Source of the DNA: Okeania sp. SIO2F4
Lineage (GTDB): Bacteria; Cyanobacteriota; Cyanobacteriia; Cyanobacteriales; Microcoleaceae
Direction: 5' to 3'
Length of the DNA: 64,000 nt
Assembly: GCF_010672385.1 (NCBI RefSeq)
Contig: NZ_JAAHGT010000021.1
Location: 223-64,222 of the forward strand
In this document: positions 9,501 to 17,566 of the stretch, one piece after another
Layout: every line of letters begins with the position of its first letter
Position numbering within the stretch: the first letter of the stretch is position 1
Position numbers and translations under genes: made by a program
The notes under the pieces: generated by a model
The model's input: only the letters and a program-made list of their open reading frames with translations
The model's database searches: none
What the model was told of the DNA's origin: nothing

Positions 9501-11026
9501 GTTTCTGGGAATTTTACTGTGAAATTTTCTGGAACTAAGTCAGTATATTTCTCTGGAATTAAATCTTGAGGTTCAATATTTTCATCATTACCTATATTCG
9601 TTTCTTCTAAATTTTTTTGTGTACCTGGAATAGTTGAAGTTCCGGGAATTAAATTAATAGGTATCTCTGGAATTAACTCTTGGGATTCAACAGTCTCATC
9701 GGAAGCGGTTTTTGGTGTTCCTGGGAATTTTACTGTGAAATTTTCTGGAACTAAGTCAGTATATTTCTCTGGAATTAAATCTTGAGGTTCAATATTTTCA
9801 TCATTACCTATATTCGTTTCTTCTAAATTTTTTTGAGAACCTGGAATAGTTGAAGTTCCGGGAATTAAATTAATAGGTATCTCTGGGATTAACTCTTGAT
9901 TTTCAATATTTTCATCTGAAGCGGTTTTTGGTGTTCCTGGGAATTTTACTGTGAAATTTTCTGGAACTAAGTCAGTATATTTCTCTGGAATTAAATCTTG
10001 AGGTTCAATATTTTCATCATTACCTATATTCGTTTCTTCTAAATTTTTTTGAGAACCTGGAATAGTTGAAGTTCCGGGAATTAAATTAATAGGTATCTCT
10101 GGGATTAACTCTTGGGATTCAACCGTCTCACCTGAAGCGGTTTTTGGTGTTCCTGGGAATTTTACTGTGAAATTTTCTGGAACTAAGTCAGTATATTTCT
10201 CTGGAATTAACTCTGGAGGTTCAAGATTTTCATCATTACCTATATTCGTTTCTTCTAAATTTTTTTGTGTACCTGGAATAGTTGAAGTTCCGGGAATTAA
10301 ATTAATAGGTATCTCTGGGATTAACTCTTGGGATTCAACCGTCTCATCGGAAGCGGTTTGTTCTGTTCCTGGGAATTTTACTGTGGAATTTTCTGGAACT
10401 AAGTCAGTATATTTCTCTGGAATTAAATCTTGAACCTCAAGATTTTCATCATTACCTATATTCGTTTCTTCTAAATTTTTTTCTGTACCTGGAAGATCGG
10501 AAACAGGTTTATAAATATCGCCTTCCCATTTCGCTTGAACAATAGGTAAATTATCTGATTTATTTTTTTTTAATTTATCGTCTGAGAGTTGATGACTCTG
10601 AGGAAAAAGCATTTTATCAGCAGCAGTTGTTAAAATGCGCGACTGAGTTTGAATAATTTGTTTACCGAAGCGAGGATGAAGTTCCGAAAGCGGATTATTT
10701 TGGATGTTTTTTTCTACTAAAGGATGTGTTTGAAATTCTTCTTTTTTTATTTCAGCTATACTCTGGTTAATCTGATTTTCTGAAGAAGATTCTGAGTCAA
10801 AATTGTCTTCAATAAATTGACTGGTTATAGAAGTTGGTTTTTCAGGATAATTTGAACGAGAAAAATCCTGTGCAAAAGTGAAAAAATTATCAGATTCTTC
10901 TAAAGTTTGGGGTAACATTAATTGAGAAGCTTGAATCAGAGGCGATCGAACTTTCAACATCCGCTTTCGTCCCAGGTTTTCCGGGGAACACAAAGATTTT
11001 TTTAAACCTAGGGAAGATGTAGACAT
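6551..11026 (-). CDS. 1491-aa acidic tandem-repeat protein (tape-measure-like by position) with two C-terminal 'VYxLL...ERER' motifs
   Basis: Uninterrupted ORF. It has six near-identical 72-aa units (PG[ST]QKNLEETNIGNDENIEPQDLIPEKYTDLVPENFTVKF...), then many diverged ~34-aa 'ELIPE..DLVQEKSTVQSPE..K.SDET.E.Q' units. The C-terminus carries 'LARKVYNLLRQQLELERERH' and 'LTRKIYQLLQLKIEIERERL'. Confidence 0.7.
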   Translation of the reverse strand: MSTSSLGLKKSLCSPENLGRKRMLKVRSPLIQASQLMLPQTLEESDNFFTFAQDFSRSNYPEKPTSITSQFIEDNFDSESSSENQINQSIAEIKKEEFQTHPLVEKNIQNNPLSELHPRFGKQIIQTQSRILTTAADKMLFPQSHQLSDDKLKKNKSDNLPIVQAKWEGDIYKPVSDLPGTEKNLEETNIGNDENLEVQDLIPEKYTDLVPENSTVKFPGTEQTASDETVESQELIPEIPINLIPGTSTIPGTQKNLEETNIGNDENLEPPELIPEKYTDLVPENFTVKFPGTPKTASGETVESQELIPEIPINLIPGTSTIPGSQKNLEETNIGNDENIEPQDLIPEKYTDLVPENFTVKFPGTPKTASDENIENQELIPEIPINLIPGTSTIPGSQKNLEETNIGNDENIEPQDLIPEKYTDLVPENFTVKFPGTPKTASDETVESQELIPEIPINLIPGTSTIPGTQKNLEETNIGNDENIEPQDLIPEKYTDLVPENFTVKFPETPKTASDENIENQELIPEIPINLIPGTSTIPGSQKNLEETNIGNDENIEPQELIPEKYTDLVPENFTVKFSGTQKTASDENIENQELIPEKAIDLVQEKSTVQSPEIEKTASDETIETQQLIQERSIDLVQENLTVQSPERRPKVLDETVKNQELTPKSTDLVQEKSTVQSPETEKTASDETIEPQQLIEKQPINLVPKTSTIPASEKIVEETNIASDETVKPQQLIPEQSSDLVQEKSTVQSPEITSKVSGETLENQELIPDKSSDLVEENSTFKSPETTPKASDETLYIQELFPELPIDLLQEKSLVQSLETTPKVSDEIIETQELIPEENMDLIQEKFIDKSPEITPKASDETVETQELIPEQPTDLFQGTSTVKFPEITPKVSDETVKTQELIPEESIDLIQEKFIAQSPGTAPKVLDKTIEPQELIPESPIDSLQEKSIAQLPETTPKTSDKIVETQELIPEENMDLLQEKFIAKSPETAPKVLDETTENKQLIPELPIDLVQEKSIVKIPEITPKALDETIEAQELIPEIPIDLVQEKSTVKSPEIEKKASDETIETQQLIQEKPINLVPKISTVPAYEKNLEETNIALDEIIETQELIPEENMDSLQEKSIAQSPETTPKLLDKIIETQQLIPELPMDSLQEKSIVKSPEISPKALDETIGIQQLTQEKTIDLFQQKSTVKLPEKAQTTTEYLPLLQSEVTDTIPQETTENQVSQIQPRLNPENLTNLNRIQSHSPLAQQSDFIQSQLMSEFFESLSNSETSTDIGSFQPSKNQANSQIKEVWSNQFKLIDESVPVIDNIQESWSNITEILDYDRFNPSSNSQLPLETSELITIGKEQSLPELPTSISSSSAKVEKVIGEDREITVIDEEQLEMLARKVYNLLRQQLELERERHDFKTGGSLPWFDTISQTAPIKTPGLSSSLNRPGQLRSQTGATVSLVNYKLQTLTRKIYQLLQLKIEIERERLGPYYRGNIPW
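7450..10500 (-). repeat. Hierarchical in-frame coding repeats (216-bp units at ~9200-10500; ~100-bp diverged units at ~7450-9200)
   Basis: The 216-bp units are almost identical at DNA level (for example ...ggaattaa.tcttgaggttcaatattttcatcattacctatattcgtttcttctaaattttttt...). Confidence 0.85.
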
Positions 11027-11116
11027 AATTAATCAGCCTCTTAATTAATTAAATTTTATAAAAAGCCTTTATAAAAAGCGGTTAAAATTATCTCGTTCTC
11101 TTGATGCTTTTCGCTT

Positions 11117-11836
11117 TTAATTATCAATTTCACGCGCAGCTTTTCCTTTAGCATAATCCATTCCTTGTTGTTTTAATTGATCGTATTCAGTTTCCAGATC
11201 GTTCATCGTATTTCTAACTTCTTGTCCCAATGAATTCCTAGCATTAGAAAGGGTTCTACTAGCTTGATTTAGGTGTTGTCTGCCAACATCTGCTAAATCA
11301 CTAGCAAAATAGCCTAAACTACTGCGATTAAGTGGGTTTGCTGGCTCGAATTCTCGTTTGTATGATTCTAAAGTATCTTTTTTATAAATGGTTAAACCTT
11401 CATAAGCTAAAGTTAATTCCTCTATAGCAACATTATTAGAATCTGCTTGAAAAGGCGATACTTTCCAACTAACTGGAACTGAACCAATTAGTGTCCAAGA
11501 CTGCATCGTTTCTCCAGCTTGATTAAATAGAAGCAGAGTAACATTCAAACGAATTTTTTGAGAGTCTCGCAAAATTTTTTCAATCCAATTTAAGAAAGTT
11601 AAATCATCAGTTATTCCTCGTTTTAATGTGACATCTGTGAATTCCGCTGGTCCTAAAATAATTCTTTGTTGATCGTTAACACCGCCTTCATGAAAAGTTT
11701 CTCGCTTAATGTTAACGCCTAAGCCAGAACATTCACTAAAACAGGCTGAAATTTGACTATCAATTTCTAAATAAAACTTATTCGCTGTAACATAATTTAG
11801 TTCATAAGCTGAAGGTTCTTGACGATTTTTTTTCAT
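11117..11836 (-). CDS. Phage T4 gp19-like tail tube protein with a ~90-aa C-terminal extension
   Basis: 'YVTANKFYLEIDSQISACFSECSGLGVNIKRETFHEGGVNDQQRIILGPAEFTDVTLKRGITDDLTFLNWI...WTLIGSVPVSWKVSPFQADSNNVAIEELTLAYEGL' follows the conserved phage-tail-region/gp19 tube pattern. The extra C-terminal helical tail is not typical of this family. Confidence 0.7.
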   Translation of the reverse strand: MKKNRQEPSAYELNYVTANKFYLEIDSQISACFSECSGLGVNIKRETFHEGGVNDQQRIILGPAEFTDVTLKRGITDDLTFLNWIEKILRDSQKIRLNVTLLLFNQAGETMQSWTLIGSVPVSWKVSPFQADSNNVAIEELTLAYEGLTIYKKDTLESYKREFEPANPLNRSSLGYFASDLADVGRQHLNQASRTLSNARNSLGQEVRNTMNDLETEYDQLKQQGMDYAKGKAAREIDN

Positions 11837-11988
11837 TATAAAATCCTCCGATGGTTACAAACACGTTCCTGTTGATTACGAATATCTTCTTCCATTAGCT
11901 TATAAACTCTATCGCAGAGTTTTCGTAGTAAAATTGGATCTTTAATTATCTTTTCAATTAATTTACCTTCTAAATCTTTTTCTGACAT
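11836..11988 (-). CDS. 50-aa ORF (absent from the ORF track) with a 'VYxLM...ER' motif, coupled to the tube gene
   Basis: My translation: MSEKDLEGKLIEKIIKDPILLRKLCDRVYKLMEEDIRNQQERVCNHRRIL*. Its TAA overlaps the tube gene ATG (TAATG). The motif resembles the two at the C-terminus of the 1491-aa protein. Confidence 0.45.
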   Translation of the reverse strand: MSEKDLEGKLIEKIIKDPILLRKLCDRVYKLMEEDIRNQQERVCNHRRIL

Positions 11989-12011
11989 TTTGATTAAGGT
12001 TTATCCTGACT

Positions 12012-14507
12012 TTATTTTAACAATTGAATGGGAATTAATCCAGCCGAATGTAATAGATGTTGTCCTTCATTAGTTTTCATTATATCAGAAAATACTCGAC
12101 CTGGTGAATCTTTACTTCCTTCTTTTAAATAAATCACAGCAATCGAATATCCTAACGGATAATTTCCTTGTTTAAATATCTTAGGGTTTGGTTTGTAACT
12201 TCCTTTGTCCATACATAAATCTGTTGCTGGTGTGATTGGTTTGCCATTGTTATGTATAATTGGTTGAACTGCTGTAAGTTTCCCTTCTCCAACAATTGCT
12301 AAAGGATAGACTGAACACTGATTAAATACTTTACTAAATAAATCAATCCCAATCACAGCTTGACCGTCTTGTTCAAATTCTGCTAAAGCCCTTGCAGTAC
12401 CTTTACTATATCCTGTTTTTATGCAAGTCTTTTTATCTTCATTAATAAGATTGACAAAGTTGTTTCTTTCCTGGGTATTTTTTAAAACTAAGTTTTCAAA
12501 TAATGAAGTCACCAGAAAAACTTCTTCTGTAGTTTTATAACAAATAGGGCCTCTTTTGACATTTTTTTGATTATTAACAGAATCAGCTTCTTGATTATTA
12601 GCAGAATCAGAAATCCCTAACTCTTTTAATGTTAAGGATTGATTAGAGTAGAGTTTTTTGAGGGATTTGAGGGAAATTTTACCAGAAAGTAATTTAGGCA
12701 AATTTCCTTTTCGCTGAACATCACTGAAAGCTACATAAGCGAATAAACCATCGTATGCAATAATTTGTATTTCTAACTGTTTGTTATTTTTTAAAAGCTG
12801 AACTTCGTCATCAAAGAGAGAAGTTACTATAAATTTATATTTTTCTAAATTAGATATAATTGTATTTTCTAAACGTTCTTTTTTTGCTTCTTTTGTCCCT
12901 TCGTTGCTTTCGGTATGGCTAAAATCAAATGAATCTGGAGAATGTGAATTAAATGAATTTTGAGAGAGAATATTCAAATGCTTATAAAACTGTTGACTTC
13001 TACCATAAGCAACGGGAGTTTTTAACGCAATATTCCATCTTTTATCCGCTGCATATCTAATTCTTTTATTGCTGAAATTTATGGGAATATTCACTTGTTT
13101 AATTGACTTGCTTTTTGGTTCTTCTGGAATAGTCTTTGGCTCTATTTTTTGTGTTTTTAAACGAGAGAAAAAATACCATACTCCCCCAAAAAAACTACCA
13201 AAAGCCACTAAGGCTATCAACATAAGAATAATCGGAATAATCCAAGAACGTTGAGAAGTTTCAACATCTTTATTATCATCAAAAACACTCTGGGAGGAAT
13301 CTACTTTAGAATCTAAAGGTAATTTTAATAATTCTCGATGAGCTTGAGCTGCACTCTGAAAAGAACCCGAATATAATTGTACGGTGAAATTTTTGATTTC
13401 AGGATGACAATGTTGATGCCATTCCAAATCTTGAGCTGGATATTCCTGGGTTCCACCAGATAAAAAATAGCTAACTTTACCTAAATCTTTAAGGTCTTTT
13501 TCAAAGACTTTTTTGGATAGATATTGATTTTCTAATTTTGAGTCTAAATTATCTATTAATTGTTCCCATAGTGCTAGACGACTTACATAAATTTTAAATT
13601 CTTCATCTTCTTCATTAGAAGCAAATTGTTGACCATAAGTAACAACTAATAGACTGTCTAAATTGAGGTTTCCATGACCTATTCCTTTAGAGTTATTTTC
13701 AAAAAAACGAATTTCATAACAGTTGTGTAAGAACTGCAAGCTTTGCAATATTTGTTGCAGAATTTTACTAAATTGAATTGGCGTTAAAGGTTCATGCCGT
13801 TGATTGAGATATTCTCCTAAAGTCAGACTATTGGGAATTTTTTCAAGAATCAAATACCAACGGATATCTTGTTCGTTATCCTCATAAAAATCTTGAACAA
13901 TATCAATGGGAAGTAGTAAACGAAATTCTTTAACTTTTACATTTTGATAGGTAACTTCAGGTAAACGATCGGATGAACTTCGAGTTAAAAATTCTTGAAT
14001 CAATACTTGTTGCTTTTGCTGTGCAGTAGGAGTGGCTTCATATTGACGAGTTTGAGCTGAATGACTCAGACACTGACCAATTTTATACCTGCGACCAAAG
14101 TTATCTCGAATTTCATAATCTGGAAGGAGAACTTTTTGAGTTTTCTGGTCTTTGCGTCGTCGTCGAGAACGTTCCCTAAAAATGGGTTGGTCTAAACTTG
14201 TAGGTTGAATGGAAGTTTTTACTCCTCCTGTTTCTGCGGGAATTATGGGTTTTAGTCTAGCTTGACTTGGAGATTCGAATTGGCTTTTATCTTGAGAAAA
14301 ATTAGGTAAAGGTGGAAAAATTTGCCTATCTTGCTTTTGGGAATTCTTGCGTTCGCTTTCTCCAAATTCCGCTCGTTCATACATTTGCTGTGCTCGACGC
14401 ACAAAAACCCGACGAATACTATCAACAGGATAGTTAATAAAGGTAAAAATTTCTCGTCCTCTGAGTTTTACTATGTTTACTAAATCTGATAATCTCATAG
14501 CGATCAC
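12012..14507 (-). CDS. Membrane-spanning pseudokinase with a C-terminal PstS/PBP-like periplasmic binding domain
   Basis: The kinase-like fold has degraded catalytic motifs ('VLIQEF' in place of VAIK; 'GHGNLNLDSLLV' in place of HRDLKPxN; no DFG). One TM helix (WIIPIILMLIALVAFGSFFGGVWYFF). The C-terminal domain ends '...MKTNEGQHLLHSAGLIPI', as in PBP_like_2 domains. Confidence 0.55.
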   Translation of the reverse strand: MIAMRLSDLVNIVKLRGREIFTFINYPVDSIRRVFVRRAQQMYERAEFGESERKNSQKQDRQIFPPLPNFSQDKSQFESPSQARLKPIIPAETGGVKTSIQPTSLDQPIFRERSRRRRKDQKTQKVLLPDYEIRDNFGRRYKIGQCLSHSAQTRQYEATPTAQQKQQVLIQEFLTRSSSDRLPEVTYQNVKVKEFRLLLPIDIVQDFYEDNEQDIRWYLILEKIPNSLTLGEYLNQRHEPLTPIQFSKILQQILQSLQFLHNCYEIRFFENNSKGIGHGNLNLDSLLVVTYGQQFASNEEDEEFKIYVSRLALWEQLIDNLDSKLENQYLSKKVFEKDLKDLGKVSYFLSGGTQEYPAQDLEWHQHCHPEIKNFTVQLYSGSFQSAAQAHRELLKLPLDSKVDSSQSVFDDNKDVETSQRSWIIPIILMLIALVAFGSFFGGVWYFFSRLKTQKIEPKTIPEEPKSKSIKQVNIPINFSNKRIRYAADKRWNIALKTPVAYGRSQQFYKHLNILSQNSFNSHSPDSFDFSHTESNEGTKEAKKERLENTIISNLEKYKFIVTSLFDDEVQLLKNNKQLEIQIIAYDGLFAYVAFSDVQRKGNLPKLLSGKISLKSLKKLYSNQSLTLKELGISDSANNQEADSVNNQKNVKRGPICYKTTEEVFLVTSLFENLVLKNTQERNNFVNLINEDKKTCIKTGYSKGTARALAEFEQDGQAVIGIDLFSKVFNQCSVYPLAIVGEGKLTAVQPIIHNNGKPITPATDLCMDKGSYKPNPKIFKQGNYPLGYSIAVIYLKEGSKDSPGRVFSDIMKTNEGQHLLHSAGLIPIQLLK

Positions 14508-14529
14508 TCCTGTTCATAATAATGTAATT

Positions 14530-14620
14530 AGGACTTATGCATAAGGTACGAAAAACTAGGATTTGAGATTGCTTCCCTATCGGTCACAATGACGAAAATA
14601 CATTGTACTGCGTAAGTCCT
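14530..14620. mobile_element. MITE-like element, copy C (91 bp)
   Basis: TIRs aggacttatgca / tgcgtaagtcct. The interior is near-identical to copy B. It lies between the TPR gene stop (14641) and the pseudokinase start (14507). Confidence 0.65.
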
Positions 14621-14640
14621 AGAATTTAACTCAATTTTTG

Positions 14641-16590
14641 TTAGCTCTTTTTGATTAAATTTCGTAAGACAATTTCTCGTTCTTTGCGAGCTATGTTATA
14701 CTCAGGATTGAGTTTCAATGCTTGTTCAAAATTCGCCAAAGCATCCTGATAGCGACCCAACCGAGAGAGGGCAATTCCTTTTCCCGTAATCACACCAACG
14801 TTTTCGGGACTCAGAGCGTCAGCTTGAATGTAAGCATTCAAAGCAGCTTGATATTGCCTGAGTTCAAGTAAAATTAACCCTCGGTTATACCAACCCTCAA
14901 AAGACTTGGGGTTCAATTGAACAGCTTCCTGAGTTGCTTCTAGAGCAAGTGTCAACAATTGAGGATCTCGCAACCGCCATAAGACAACAGCCTGATTTGC
15001 CAAAATACCGGCTTTGAACAGATTATCATTGGGTGTAAAATTACCTGCTAATGCCTGGTGATAGGCTTCTACTGAGGCTTTATATACCAATACATTCATG
15101 GTTTTCTCAGTTGTATATCCATTCTGTCGCTGTAAACTCAATAGCTGACCGTACTCGCTGAGAATGCGACCGTGGTTATACCAACCCCGAGCATAACTAG
15201 GATTAATTTTAACAGCTCGATGAGTAGACTGAAGCCCCTGCTTGTAGTTAAGTTCCGCCAGTTCATACTGTTGTTGTGCCTGCTGAAGTTGACCCAAATG
15301 CCATAATATCACCCCTCGGTTGTTCCATGCTTCGGCGTAGTCTTCCTCCAAGGCAATAGCGCGGTTTACAGAGCCTAAAGCATCATTATACCGTTCTAAG
15401 CCAGCCGAAGCGGTACTTTTCTCCTTCCAAGCCTTGGCAGGACGAGTATCCCCCCAATCTCGATCGCCCTCCAGAGCTGCTTCACAAGCCTTTAATGCGG
15501 GTTCATATTGTTCTAGTTGATTAAGCACTTCACACTGGTTAACCAAAGCGAGAGAATAGTTAGGCTGAACCTGAACAGCGCGACTATAGGAAGTTAAAGC
15601 TCGCTCAGTCTGTCCCAAAGTTTGTAGAGCAATACCTTGTTTTGTCCAAGCTTTGGCATTCTCAGGATTATCAGCTAAAATTTTTTCATAAAAACGGACT
15701 AAATTTTGAAGTTGTTTGACTATTTCTTCTGCTTCTTTTACTGGATTACTAACCAGAAGGGGATCGGATGTAGTTACTTCTTGACGCACCACCAGCAAAT
15801 GTTCTAAGGCTTGAGCTGGAGTAGTAGTTTCCCAATTTTCGTTCACAGCGATCGCTAATTCACAATTTTCAAGAGCTTCTGTATAGCGTTCTAGTTCAAT
15901 CAATAAACCACATTTTTTAGTTAGAAAAAAGGAAGAATTAGGGGTGATTTTTAAGGCTTGACTGTAAGAATCCATTACATCTTCAACACGTTTAATTTCA
16001 CGCGCTCTTGCCACATCCTGTTTTCCTAACCCTTCCAGTTCAGCTACTTCTAATTTTCCCAATTTTCCCAAAGCAATTCCTCGATGTTTCCACGCTTCAG
16101 CAGGACTACTACGACCCCAAATTCCATCAATTTGAATTGCCTGTTCACAAGAATCAATCGCTTTTTCGTATTGCTCTAATGCTAAAAATATTTGACATTG
16201 ATGCACTAAAACTTGAGAATATTTGGGTTCTCGCTGCAACAGATAATTATAGGAAACTAAGGCTTGGGGATACTGTTTTAACTGTTGTAATGAATTACCT
16301 AAACTCATCCAAGTCTCTAAATTTTTTCGCTTCGGCTTTAGTTCAATTACCCTTTGACAAGCCGTTACAGCTTCGGAATATTGTTGACCTTGTTCGAGAG
16401 TAGTACAGAGTTCTTGCCAAAATTCCACATCATTATAATCAAAGTCTGGAAGCTGAGAAACTGCATCCTGGTGAGCTTTTGAGACTGAGCTTTCTGTCAG
16501 CTTCGATTCACCCATCGCTGGAACTGTGATTTGAATAAAGAACCCAAGTCCAACATTAATAATACTAATCCACGATAATACTAATTTCAT
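14641..16590 (-). CDS. Secreted or periplasmic TPR-repeat protein
   Basis: N-terminal signal-like segment (MKLVLSWISIINVGLGFFIQITVPAMG). Then many 34-aa TPR-like units with W/Y..G.AL..LG.Y.EAL..Y..AL...P periodicity. Confidence 0.75.
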   Translation of the reverse strand: MKLVLSWISIINVGLGFFIQITVPAMGESKLTESSVSKAHQDAVSQLPDFDYNDVEFWQELCTTLEQGQQYSEAVTACQRVIELKPKRKNLETWMSLGNSLQQLKQYPQALVSYNYLLQREPKYSQVLVHQCQIFLALEQYEKAIDSCEQAIQIDGIWGRSSPAEAWKHRGIALGKLGKLEVAELEGLGKQDVARAREIKRVEDVMDSYSQALKITPNSSFFLTKKCGLLIELERYTEALENCELAIAVNENWETTTPAQALEHLLVVRQEVTTSDPLLVSNPVKEAEEIVKQLQNLVRFYEKILADNPENAKAWTKQGIALQTLGQTERALTSYSRAVQVQPNYSLALVNQCEVLNQLEQYEPALKACEAALEGDRDWGDTRPAKAWKEKSTASAGLERYNDALGSVNRAIALEEDYAEAWNNRGVILWHLGQLQQAQQQYELAELNYKQGLQSTHRAVKINPSYARGWYNHGRILSEYGQLLSLQRQNGYTTEKTMNVLVYKASVEAYHQALAGNFTPNDNLFKAGILANQAVVLWRLRDPQLLTLALEATQEAVQLNPKSFEGWYNRGLILLELRQYQAALNAYIQADALSPENVGVITGKGIALSRLGRYQDALANFEQALKLNPEYNIARKEREIVLRNLIKKS

Positions 16591-16715
16591 CTGTTATGTT
16601 TGTATTTTGCTAAAGTATATTAAAAGTAATTCATTTAATTGAATTTAATGGTTTGCTTAATAAATTTTTATATTTTTAAAATTACCTAATAATCAGTGAT
16701 AAAAAAAAGTTTTTG

Positions 16716-16769
16716 TTTGTAGTAGGGCAAGAGCCCTAAGTATGTATCGGGCTCTTGCCCTACTACAAA
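16716..16769 (-). terminator. Long perfect hairpin, possibly a rho-independent terminator for minus-strand transcription
   Basis: 18-bp perfect stem gtagtagggcaagagccc / gggctcttgccctactac with a 12-nt loop. On the minus strand an A/T-rich tract ending in an 8-T run follows it. Confidence 0.35.
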
Positions 16770-16850
16770 CTTTAATTATAACTATTCAACCGGAAATGAT
16801 ATAATTAAAGTTTAAAGCCTCCCCTTTTAAGGGGATAAAAAGCGGTAGTT

Positions 16851-16990
16851 TGCGTTAGCGTTAGCGGAGATCCTCTGCAAGAGGCAGCTCCTCTGTTAGC
16901 GTAGCTCCTCCGAAGGAGGCAAGAGGCAGCTTTCCGTAGGATGGGATGGCGAGGTCTCCCGAAGAGTGCAGAGCCACTCCGCGCTCTGCC
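16851..16990. repeat. GC-rich dispersed repeat (same family as 27735-27885, opposite orientation)
   Basis: Shares agctcctctgttagcgtagct, ttccgtaggat and ccgcgctct blocks with the reverse complement of 27735-27885. It stands out as GC-rich within AT-rich spacer. Confidence 0.5.
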
Positions 16991-17051
16991 ATATCCAATC
17001 CACCAAGAGAAGAAAAAATATTCCTGATGTCAATCCCAAAGCTTTCCTAGG

Positions 17052-17311
17052 TCATGGGGGAAAAGTAGCAATCGTACAGAAAACCACGCTAAGGCTGAAA
17101 TGCTTGCTATTAATTAGTTATAGCCATCAGAATTTGTGAAGTTTTGTATATGAATGGGTGTACCAGTTAAACTGTAGTTTATTTGGTACAGAAATTTAGA
17201 ACCATAAATCAAGGGTTTCAGACTTCTTTTCTCAGAGAGGTTTAATTGGTACAGCGATCGTAAATACCTTAACGGGGTTTTTTGCACAATTGCTACTCAA
17301 CCCCCGTCATG
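17052..17311. mobile_element. About 260-bp MITE-like element with imperfect ~33-bp TIRs
   Basis: Left end is catgggggaaaagtagcaatcgtacagaaaacc. The reverse complement of the right end is catgacgggggttgagtagcaattgtgcaaaaaacc. No ORF inside. Confidence 0.4.
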
Positions 17312-17340
17312 CTGCGCAAACAGCTAGAGGTACTGATAAC

Positions 17341-17540
17341 TAGACATCTCCAGAAAACAGGGAGCAGGGAGCAGAGAGCAGGGAGAGAGGATTGATAATT
17401 TCTGTAGGATAATTGATTTTATTTTTTCTAGGACTTACGCATAGACCATATATATAGAGTTAAAAAACTAAAACGTTATAGTTTTTTGCGCTATATGTAG
17501 TACCCATGCGTAAGTCCTGTTTTATTATTGGAGATATCTA
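17341..17540. mobile_element. 200-bp MITE-like element (TIR tagacatctcc / ggagatatcta, flanking CTGATAA direct repeat) with another MITE nested inside
   Basis: The 11-bp TIRs match 10/11. ctgataa occurs at 17333-17339 and 17541-17547, which may be a target-site duplication. The interior has heptamer-like (a)gcaggg/agcagag repeats and the element at 17430-17518. Confidence 0.4.
17430..17518. mobile_element. MITE-like element, copy D (same 12-bp TIRs as copies A-C, different interior)
   Basis: aggacttacgca ... tgcgtaagtcct termini. The internal sequence is unrelated to copies A-C. Confidence 0.5.
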
Positions 17541-17566
17541 CTGATAAGTGAATAGAATGCCCATAT

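Noticed and set aside
3405-10500. Regular tandem repeats (27-bp array at 3405-3672; 216-bp and ~100-bp arrays at 7450-10500) considered as possible CRISPR arrays
   Set aside because: The units are contiguous with no unique spacers. They are in frame within long ORFs and encode coherent peptide repeats. No cas genes are present in the window.
10167-16403. Antisense track ORFs 10167-10433(+), 13069-13254(+) and 16008-16403(+)
   Set aside because: They lie entirely inside much longer, motif-supported minus-strand genes. Their composition fits a shadow frame.
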